Positions 39,201 to 49,000 of a stretch of 64,000 nt of DNA are shown here, piece after piece. Location of the stretch: positions 1,500,100 through 1,564,099 of the forward strand of contig NW_003314267.1 in the NCBI RefSeq assembly GCF_000143415.4, read 5' to 3'. The notes under the pieces were generated by a model. It did no database searches, was not told the DNA's origin, and saw only the letters and a program-made list of their open reading frames with translations. Position numbers and translations under genes: made by a program. Source of the DNA: Selaginella moellendorffii (taxonomy: Eukaryota; Plantae; Lycopodiophyta). The stretch's first letter is position 1; every line of letters begins with the position of its first letter.

Positions 39201-39309
39201 GCCTTTGACAGTGTATAACAAAGTTCCGATCCATAGACACAAGGGTCCCTTTTGCAACTCTCTTCCCACCATTCAAAATGTAAACTTTTTCCCCAACCCT
39301 GAAGGCCAT
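36250..39309 (-). pseudogene. Sola-like (DUF7869-type) DDD/E transposase, ~1020 codons, with 2 in-frame stops (38260-38262, 37864-37866) and 2 frameshifts (~37735, ~36910)
   Basis: Four ORF-track pieces join into one protein: CCKRRCC..VCMKAWRIIYGVPRSTFY, FSKCDECTAIK, IIHDKMD*KKTCLPRL, GIIAHGHG, LLLQTDNAGSENKN, FLMVGHTHEDVDAMFS. A splice acceptor (TTTCAG) lies just before the ATG at 39309. Confidence 0.85.
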
Positions 39310-39907
39310 TCTGAAAGTGCAGAAAAGAAGTTAAGACCATACAAAAAATGATTGGAGAATGGCCTAAATCATAACATACCAAATAGCATGAAGCCACATG
39401 CCATTATTCAAACATGCTATTGACACCCACGTGAAATTTCGCATTCACAAAATTCTGTGTGTGTACGTCCATTTATGGCAATATAAGGCCACACGCCATT
39501 CAAAGAATAATGCTAGTCGAGCATTTTTTGGTGCATTTTTGGGTTCAAAATTGCATGAGCCCACATGCTATAAAGTTTACCTGTACCAAAAATAGAAACA
39601 GCTTTATTTACTTGGGAATTTAAGTGGTTGAGGCATTTTTAAACTTACAAACACATGCCCTACTTACATTCATTTGGTTGCTTAAAAGTCAAAAATATTA
39701 TAAACCTTTCTTTTTGCATTTTCAATGTTTTCAATTATGGTTTTTGATTTTCGTAGGACCAGCCTAGTAATCTATTTGCATCCCGTCATGTTTATAGCTA
39801 GCTTTCGTTTGTCCCCTTCGCTGGCCTGAGATACATCTGCTCGGAATCTGCCTCTTACAGCATTTGCCCAGAAAGGGCATCTTTCTTCACGCAGCATTTG
39901 CCACATA

Positions 39908-39939
39908 TTTAGGGTTAGGGTTTAGGGTTTAGGGTTTAG
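39908..39939. repeat. Short interstitial telomere-type repeat / telo-box cluster (TTTAGGG, TTAGGG)
   Basis: TTTAGGGTTAGGGTTTAGGGTTTAGGGTTTAG, ~600 bp upstream of the transposase ATG. Confidence 0.9.
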
Positions 39940-40649
39940 CAATTCAGTAGCTTGATAAACATGCAAATACAGAACTTGATGCAAAATCCTTTGATATGTC
40001 ACAATGCCCCTAGGACCACAAACACATTTCAATAGAGAGGGTCCTTTCATTTCATAACTTTTTACGTAGATCTTGGTGAAACCAGAGTTAGTGAAGTTGG
40101 TTTCTTGTGATCCCGCATCTGATTGTGATGTCCCTTTGCAGTGTCGATGGAAAGGTCAATGCACACTAAACTATAGAATCTTGGAGCAAAATAACGGTCG
40201 GATCTATGGCAAATGCCCCTGAAACATTGTAAGGCTCGTGTAGTCTCATGTGGTGTCCGATCGAGATGCTTCTTTGCAGGGTCATCAAGCAGGACATTGT
40301 ATACCATTCTGTAAAATCTAGTTGCGATCTAACGGTTGGATCTCCAGGAAACTCAAAACAATCTCGCGCGTGTCAGAATATTCTAGGAATATACTCCTAT
40401 GTGCTCCTGAAAATGGCATGCGGCCCCACGCCATTCAAGAGATAACGCCAGATGACGCCAAGCATTTTTTGGTGCATTTTTTGGGATCAAAATTGCATGA
40501 GCCCACACGCTTGAACGTCACATCAAATCCTCTAACAATTTATTTAGCTGAACATCTGGCATTTTTGGAAATACAAGATGCTTTGGAATATCCAATCATG
40601 CATGGTATAAATATAGCAAGGGTATTAAATGATATCCCAATCATGATCT

Positions 40650-41181
40650 TTCTTTTGGATTTCGCGTGCATGCAGTCCGAGGAATGATGACGTTGCGGAT
40701 TTCTTTTGGATTTCACGCATGCACGCGCCGATCCAGAAATTAATGGTGGCGCCCAAGTCCGAGGAATGATGACGTGGCGGGATTACCAACCGTCGTGACA
40801 TTTCGTGCGTGTGAGGTTAGGTTTTGCATTTTGCTTCGTACTCGCGTTCGCACACTCGCGCTCGCATCGCGCTCCCGCTCGCGCTCCCACTTCTCTACAG
40901 GTTTCTCGTGTGCATCGGCGTCCACTCGCGCTTGCATCACACTCGCACTCGCATCGTGCTCGTGTGCATCGGCGTCCACTTCAAGACACACCCAGTTTGT
41001 AACTTCGCCGCCAACTCCGCCGCCCACTCCGCCACCCACACGCAGCCCACTTGGCGTCCCGGGAGATTTCAGTGCCACTCTCCAACTGTAAGTGGCAGAG
41101 TAGCCTTGCTGCTACGATCCGCTGCACACACAGTGCACATTCGCCAGTGAGTCCGGTTGTCACGCCTTCATTCGGCTTCAA
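40650..41181. promoter_or_regulatory. CpG-rich putative promoter/5' UTR between the divergent transposon genes
   Basis: Locally very CG-rich. AGTCCGAGGAATGATGACGT occurs twice (~40674, ~40756) and TCGTGTGCATCGGCGTCCACT twice (~40906, ~40960). Lies immediately upstream of ATG|GTAAGT at 41182. Confidence 0.5.
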
Positions 41182-44100
41182 ATGGTAAGTCTTTTAGGCC
41201 AAGTAGAAAATGGCATAAGGCCACATGCCATTCAGTAGCAACATTGGCATGCACCAATTGGGCTCTCGAGTGCAGTCCGGTTACAGATGGCGTGTAGCCT
41301 CACGCCATCTTAGGATGCAGCCTCAAGACATTTGATGCAGTGGTGAATGGCGTGTGGCCTCACGTTATTTCCAGCTACTAGCTTTTCATCTGTCAGCTCT
41401 AATTGTTGTGCATTTCTGAACAGGCGAGGAATTGCGTTCTTCTTCCAGCCACTGTCAATGTGGATGCAGAGAAGGGGGAGGAGCTCACCAGTTGGACTTT
41501 CGGGATGGAAGGCGAGGATCTGAGGCTGTACAACACAGATGGTGGGAGAAAAGAATGCATGGGGATCCTCATCCAAGTGACAGACACTCCATGCAGTTCC
41601 ATGCAAGAATATGGACTGGCACTTGTGGTAGAGACAGCGTCTGCCTTCAAGATCCACCTTGCACATCCTAGCGGCTTCCTGGAGGGGGGCAGCGGCTATG
41701 AGGAATTCCTAGAGGGAGCTAGGGAGAGGTTGTCCAGGAGGCCCACAATTTCAAAGACACTGCGGGTCTATGAAGATCACATGGAATCCACGGACCTCAC
41801 CTACGGCGATGTTCAAAAACTATATTCCAACATTGAGCTGTTGAGAGTGACTCCAGTTCGCGAAGCAAAGGGGAAGGGGGTCGATTTGGAAACTACCTCG
41901 AAGCAGAAAAGGGTGGTCAAGCTCAAGCCGACGTCCGACTCTCCTGCTCCAAAAAAGAAGCTACTCAGTGATGCCATTGCCTCGGGTTCGAACACTACAC
42001 CCACCAAAAAGAAGAGCCGCAAAGAGCAGAAAGAGCAAGAAGAGGCAGCAAAAATCGTCGCAGATAATAGTACTTGTTACTATTCCAACAAAGTATATAC
42101 AATCGACGTGAGCCGTATCGACATCCAAAGCAAATACAACCACAGGCTAGTATCTGATGAGTGGGTGGAGAAACTGAAGCAGAAGATGCTGGCAAGTCCA
42201 GTAACACCCGACATCGCAGACGTGATCCCCTACTACCGAACAATGAAGGGCAAGACGAGGTTTCCAGACTTGATCAATAGGAAGGTGTTGGACGATCAGA
42301 ACATCCGGTTCTATGCTGTCTCCGGGCAGCATTCTAGCTTGGCGATGCAAGAGATAGTTGTGGATATTATGGTGGGCGAGGAGGTGAAGAAAGTCTTCAA
42401 GACAAGAGTTGTCTGCCTGATAAAAGGCAACTCGCCCCTCCGATCTATCATATACATCTCCCACGCGCAGAATGTCAAGCAAGAAACGTGCTACAAATCG
42501 GGTCTGCACGAGACATTGGCACGAACACGGAAGCTTTGGGTTCAACTGAAGAAGCCACAAAAACCAGGACAAGGACGTGCACTAGCAACTAGCGCCTGGC
42601 AGGTAAGCCTCGTTGCATGTGGCATAGCATGTGGCCTCACGCCATTTCCATTGCAGGAATTCTCGAGTCTTCTCTCGAAAACACTAGGGGTCAATGACAC
42701 ACTCAGCATCCATAACATTCTACTCGCGACAAAAGTTGTTTTTGACAAATGGGTAGATGTGCTGAGGAGGTACCATGACGGGGAGTTGCCAAACTCAATG
42801 GGTGTGGAGGACGGCCGGAAGCCCAATGATTTGAAGCTCAACGCCTTGTGTTTCTCGCAGTCTCTAGACGACGACGACCTTCTGACAGTGGCTAATGCTC
42901 TTCTACGTGGTGAGGTAGTCTTCAACAAGACCAAAATGACTCCCGGCCATATTGTGACATACGAGGACTTGTGCACGACTCTGAGAGCTCGTGCGCTATT
43001 GAAGGATTGGATCTTCGAGCAAGTGGCCGTGGAGAGGGTGAGCATCGACACCACGCAAGAGATGATGGAAGCGCTGGAGTTGTCAAATGAAGACATCGAC
43101 AAGTACGTGAAGGGGGCCCCCAAGTTCATCGATCTGCTGCGGGATGCCACAAAAAGTAAAGCTGAGAAGTTGGATCAGTATCCAAATTTCATTAAGATTG
43201 ATGTCGACCGCCGGCTTCAGAAACAGCTCGACCCCGCAGCAGAGGCCTATCGAGAACCTTACCGGGTATACTTGAATTCGGATGAGGATCAAAGGTGGAG
43301 GAGCATCGTTTCCCGCGAAGATGAGCAGGTCAAGAACATCTTTTGTGTGATGGACTTCACAAACGAGGAGATCACTCATGCAGACGAAGTCAGCTCCATC
43401 ATTGACTTAATGGTGGGACTTGCGGAGGTGGAATCTTCAGTCCACTATATGATCTACGACTCCGAATCCTATCACAAGTTCTGGAAGGCCTTGAACGAGG
43501 TGAAGGCTCGGTTGAAAGGCAAGGAGATGCGGGAGATCCATGGGATAATGGCTAAGAAGAAGATACTGACGAATGTCCGCATCTTCACACTCGCCCTTGT
43601 TATTGGTCCTGCAGCAGAGTGGGACTGGAGTGACTTCCCAGCTTCGTTCGACAAGGCCAATCGAATTGATCTGAGGGAGGTCAATTTACCCGTGCCTGAG
43701 GAACTGAAGACGGCTATGGAGCTTTCGAATCCAAAGAAAGCTCCAGGTGCAGCATGGGAAATGCTCAGCTGGGTCTTCAACGCAATAGTGGGTGGGTCAC
43801 CTGCTTCCGACTCCAAGGGCAAATGCGTTGTCGAGTACAACTGCGGCGGACTATTCTTTTGAACCGCACTACTCAAGGGTGTCCCGTGTGTTGCGGTGAC
43901 AAACTCCATTGAAGAGGTGACTTCAATGGAGCATATAATTACAGTTGCCAAAGAAAAACAGTATCTTCTCTACGAACCTGGTGAGTACACACTTTAAGTT
44001 TAAATGTTATCTCACAAGCTCTGTATGCAGGAGCGTGGCCACCCCCAGATGCTGAAACGGCGTTAACAGCTACTGTTGAAGATACCCATGTTGGGCCGAG

Positions 44101-45037
44101 CTCACAACCTGCACAAGGTAAGGTCACGTGAGGCCTCACGCCATTTTGATTATAGATCGTTGTGAATATTCAGACACGAGGACTAAAAAGCGCACTGGTG
44201 GTGCATCGAAGAAGGACAAACAGACAAGCAATAGGAAAAAAGGAGGTACAAATTATATTTGCAATGGCGTGTGGTCTCATGCCATTCCTTGCAGGAGAAA
44301 CTTCTTCAAAGGCAAAACAGGCAAGCACCAGCCAAGCTCAAACTGACAGTGGTCATAAAAAGCGAAAGCACGTTGGACAGTCGTCGAGATCAGAGGCGTT
44401 TGATTCGAAAAGGAAGAAGGGCAACGAAAAGATGATAGGTAATGCCTCGCGGTTATGGCGTGTGTGCTCATGCCATTCATTGCAGATCAAGGGCTGAGTG
44501 AAAGCAGGCAGTCACCACCTCATGACTCAGATTCCTATGGCAGACTCCCCTTCCCCAATCTCAATGGAGAGGTACAATGGATGAGGGAAGCTTTTCAAGT
44601 CAGGGCCACGTTTTTCTCATCTCGTCGTCTTCGAAGGGTGCAAGAACGTGCAGAAACCATGTTAAGACAGTCGGGTGAGGATACGGTCCTAGGTCACGCA
44701 CTAAAACAGGCTATGGATGTCTTGTATTTTGAGATGGAGACTCGGCCAGATGATTTTCCCAAGATGGTCCTGGAAGAACAAGCCATCCAGCCTGAGCAGC
44801 CTATGGAAGAAATGCAGGAGGGGGATGAGGAGCCAGAGAAAGATAATGAGCAGGAAGAGCAGAAGGACGAAGAGGAGGACAAAGAAGAGGAGGACGAAGA
44901 AGAGGAGGACGAAGAGGACTTGGATGGTCCTCACAATGGTGACGATCATAATAACAACGACGACGATGATGACGACGATGGCCAGCCTGAGGTGGCCAAA
45001 GAGCAGCGGAGGAAGGTCATACAAGACAAACCATCAG
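41182..45037 (+). pseudogene. Spliced transposon accessory gene (>1100 aa): N-terminal globular domain, basic linker, ParB/Sulfiredoxin-like domain, degenerate beta-class amino-methyltransferase-like fold, basic then acidic tail; one premature stop (43860-43862)
   Basis: Exons 41182-41184, 41424-42602, 42657-43980, 44031-44117, 44174-44245, 44295-44438 and 44486-45037 join in frame through GT-AG introns of 239, 54, 50, 56, 49 and 47 nt. Further exons are likely to ~45628. Motifs YNHRLVSDEWVEKLKQKM, FYAVSGQHSSLA, ISHAQN; IFCVMDF, NPKKAP, GKCVVEYNCGGLFF*TALLKGVPCVAV. The gene structure is well supported; the domain identity is less certain. Confidence 0.75.
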
Positions 45038-45628
45038 GTAAATAATAGTACATCCATTCCTAACCTTTTACCATTTCTAACATTGTCCATGTAAGTCGCA
45101 GAGCAAATGGTAAGTAGAGATTATTCAGTTGAATTTACAAACTCTAGCCTTTAATGTCGAGGAAGGATAGTGCCAAGCAAGGGTCGAAACGTATGTCCAA
45201 TCCTTCAGAATCAGCAGTGCGCCCAAGTGATATCGGTCCTAGTTCCTCAATAGCAGTTGATGGTAAATACAGTATAGTCGATTCAATGTGCTAATGAGTT
45301 TGTTTTTAGTAGCACGGGAGGATACCATCTCAATCGAAGGGAGATATTTGGACATACATATGGATCCGCCAGTGGACTCTACTTGGCTGCAAGAGTCATC
45401 AGAGCTGGTGGAGGCTACTATCCATATCAACGCCAAGCAAGCTGACCACGCTCCACTTGATGCTGCCCATACCACTGAGTCAATCTTGTCCACGTATCCA
45501 ACTGACGGTGACCAGGCGCCATTGGACCCACATGAGGCCGCCCCAGCCGCCGAGCCAGTCGTATCCTCATTTCCAACAGACTCAACATGTGCCCAATTGT
45601 CTGACTACGCGCCGTTGGAACCTCCCTA

Positions 45629-45945
45629 CACCGCCCCTCTCTGTTGATATTCCTTATTCCGTTAAAAGGGCATGACCATGTACTCTAACTGCCTGTCTAT
45701 AGTAGTGTATCTAAACTTTACCGACAAGTTTGGTTTTTTTGCTCAAGAGGGTTGGGGCCTCTAGCTTCTCTCTCTATGTCACTGTGGGTAGGGGCGTATC
45801 ACACTTTTGTAAGCTGGGTGACACCCAAAACAGTAAGGGTGGCTGACTCCGTTAGTCATTTCTTTGTCGGCGATGGTCGGAAGGTGTCTAAGCTGGTAGC
45901 GCATCCGTGTTAGACAAAGAGGTTACCCCTAACTCATTTAAGTTA
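45629..45945 (+). mobile_element. Family D internal 3' fragment
   Basis: Colinear with ~6888-7205. Confidence 0.8.
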
Positions 45946-46062
45946 GAGTGTTAGTAACTAACTTGTTCAAGTGTTAGTAAACTGGGCTTAGCACCTGTAC
46001 TTAGCCAGATGGACTTAAAGTAGGAACTCCTATGTATTTCTAGCTAAGCATACTCGTTCTGG

Positions 46063-49000
46063 TGTGAGACACAAAATCCCTAGGCCCCAAAGTGGAGCCG
46101 AAAGAGTACCACGTGGTAGTGGCCGAAGCAAAGGCCAAACGAGCGTAACATGTTTGGACTAAAAGCTTTGATTTGAAAAGGTCGAGAGTGGGAGTGGAAC
46201 TCCCAACAAAGTGCTCGAGGAACAAGCACGAAGTGAAAGATAAGTCTCTAGAAAAGGGACACAAGAGGACCAACACATGACACGTGGAAGTGTCCAAGAT
46301 GGAGTCCAAGATGGATCTGAGATGGACCCGAGATGGACCCGAGATGGACCCGAGATGGAGTCCGAGATGGACCCGAGATAGAGTCGAGATGGAGTCCGAG
46401 CTGGATCCGAGATGGAGTCCAAGATGGACCCGAGATGGAGTCCGAGATGGAGTCCGAGATGGACCCAAGATGGAGTCCAAGATGGACCCGAGATGGAGTC
46501 CGAGATAGACCCGAGATGGAGTCCGAGATGGACCCGAGATGGAGTCCGAGATGGACCCGAGATGGAGTCCGAGATGGACCCGAGATGGAGTCTGAAGTCG
46601 AGACGAAGACTAGGACCGAGACCAAGATCGGGACCGAGGCCAAGGCCAAGACCGAGCCCGAGCCCGAATCCGAGTTCGAGTCCGAGTCAAAGTCTGAGTC
46701 CGAGTCCGAGTCCGAGTCTGAGATGGTGAAAGCCCAAAGCGTTTGTCTCCCAGACCCTAGGGGGTTTAGTGAGCTCCAAAAGTATAGTGAGGGGGAGGAC
46801 TGTAGTGGAGCTAGTTTGGCCAAGAAAGGCCAGTTTGGCCCAGAAAAGCTGTACCCAGTGTTGGGTGATGAACTGCCCATTGGGAAGTCCAAGACTAGAG
46901 TGAACATGGACTGACAAGTGGGGTAGCTTGGTGAAGTGTTCAAGAGCCAGCTCTAGTTCCCTTGGAAGATCGACTGGCCAATGCTCCCAGTCCAAGTGTG
47001 GGTGGCACTACCTACTTGGATACCTGGTGTGGCTCAACAGAACCTCGCTCTAAGCCCATGACTAGAGCACTTAAAGGCAAAAGGTGGGGAGAATACCCAT
47101 GAGGCTTGCGTAAGGCCATGGTGTTCCAAAATGTTGTTCCAAAGTCCCAAATGGTGAAAGGGAAGAGGAGCAATCCTCTAGTGCAGTGACCAAGGATACG
47201 GTCACATGGTGAGGAAGTCCCAAAGGATAGTGGGACTTAGAGGTTGGGCCTACGGGCCTTGATCTAGTGGCAGTGTTGGCGAACACGGCCATGGACAAAA
47301 AGGGACTTGGTGGGGACTAGAAAAGAGTTGTTGGGGAAGGCTATTCCCCATATCTGCGGGCATCCTAAGGATGCTAAGGAGTAGATCTAGGATGATCACT
47401 CATGAACGAATAGCCTAGTCTTTGAGAGATGGGACTATGATGCAGGTGGCGTTAGACCACCGGTGTGACCAAGGGGAATGGGCATGGCCTTAGTGTAACG
47501 GGCTAATATGTCGGTGGTACCTTGGGGTGTCGGTCATGGGATTGGACACATAGAGCACTTGGACCAAGTGCAAAGGTTGAGTGGCATGGATGCCATTCTC
47601 AGGGCTAGCAAGCCCCAAGTCTTAACTGGGACTTATGGAGGTTGTGAATGAGACTCCTCCAAGTGGTTGGAGGTGCAGTTAAGTGACTAAAGTAAAATGG
47701 AAAAATTAGTCGCTTACAATTTGGTATCGGAGCGGTTCCTTAGTTTGACTCTTATTGGTGGCCAAGTATATCACCACTTGTATTGGAATTAGAAAGTCCT
47801 AGGTATGGACCTATCTTCAAGGAATAGCATGTCAAGAGGACATGGCTCTCCACTCGAGTTCATGCGTGAACTTGTGCACAATGTAGTGGATGGAAAAGGG
47901 CCAATAAGGGAACAACATTGGGATCTTGGGAATAGTATGAGGGTTTCCTAAGAGAGTTGAGGATGTGATCCAGATGAGCGTTTGATGTAGCAAATGGGCT
48001 AATGTAGTTGTGGAAAACAACTATAGTTGGGATCACTGGAAAGATGCAGACTCCAAAACAATAAAGGAGTCACAAAATTACCCTCATATAGTGGAGGCTA
48101 GTGCTCATAAACTTGAGACCAGAATTAATGACCAACGGAGGTCAAATACGGAAGAGGATACAAGTCCTTGAAATGGTAGCCAGGGCTACCTCTAATAAAT
48201 GCTGGAACAACCCAAGGAGTTGGGGGTATACTTAGAGGATGAGTTGGTATTCTCATCACGTGGACAAGTGGTCATAAGGGGTAAAAGGTTGCCCCTCGAG
48301 AACAAATCAAGTGTCGGAATAACACTTATGATGGTGGTCCTGGTGAGTAGGACAGGAATACAGGAAGTTGTATTCCAATGAGCTGACACCTCAAAAGTAA
48401 GACTTTATAGGTTGGGGGATTTGGAAAAGTCCAAAAGGCTGAATGACTTAAGTGGAGTTAAGGAATGGTCCTGAAGGACTGATGGAAGCATTTAGACTGA
48501 GGTGTGTTATGCCCCACGAAGGATGGAGAGGATCATAGGATCCAAGTATGAGAATAGTGGGTATCTCATAGGTGGCAGAATATGCCATACTAAAGTCATG
48601 GGAAAGGTGTTCCCAGAAAAGCAACTTTGGTGCAGAGTTGTGTGTGAACACTATGGTGTAATGCTAACAGATAGTTGGCATGAGAAACGACTACTTTGGT
48701 CTTGGCAAAGACCTAGACACAAGTGCAAAGTGTCATAAAGGCAGACTTATGGAGTTGATGGTGTGGAGACACCAAATGGGCCAAGGTGTGATACTTTGAG
48801 GTTATGTTGATGGGTTCATGAGAACCCCTTGCTAAGGGAATCCCAATGAAAATGGGAACGGCATAGCGTAAACTGGAAGGCATGTGGTAGGGTGTGGTGA
48901 CCCGGATAATGATGGAAGTGTGAAAGCACCAGCAATGAGTTGTAGAACTTGACAACTATGAGGCAACTAAGCAAGAGGTGTAGGTAATTGGTTAAATAGG

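Larger units (their letters stand above)
35787..44476. repeat. Dispersed 22-bp palindrome, consensus ATGGCRTGWGGCCWCAYGCCAT, ~17 copies
   Basis: Copies start at about 35787, 36103, 36156 (half), 37497, 37554, 39383, 39475, 39550, 40413, 40492, 41210, 41287, 41347, 42624, 44123, 44264 and 44455. Confidence 0.92.
35560..45628. mobile_element. Large two-gene DNA transposon (Sola-like transposase plus divergent ParB-like/MTase-like gene); right end lost
   Basis: Sharp left junction inside a family D LTR. Two divergent genes. A private 22-bp palindrome was found only in this interval. The right side is cut by family D sequence at ~45629, and no matching right TIR or TSD was found. Confidence 0.75.

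Noticed and set aside
41210-41368. Three palindromes spaced 60-77 bp apart, superficially CRISPR-like
   Set aside because: The spacing is irregular, copies are scattered over 9 kb and degenerate, there are no cas genes and the context is eukaryotic. Treated as dispersed binding-site-like motifs instead.
41403-43862. ORF-track 819-aa protein taken at face value
   Set aside because: Its TTG start lies in the intron 1 acceptor region, it reads through an in-frame 54-nt intron and it ends at a probable CGA>TGA mutation. The spliced model from ATG 41182 fits better.
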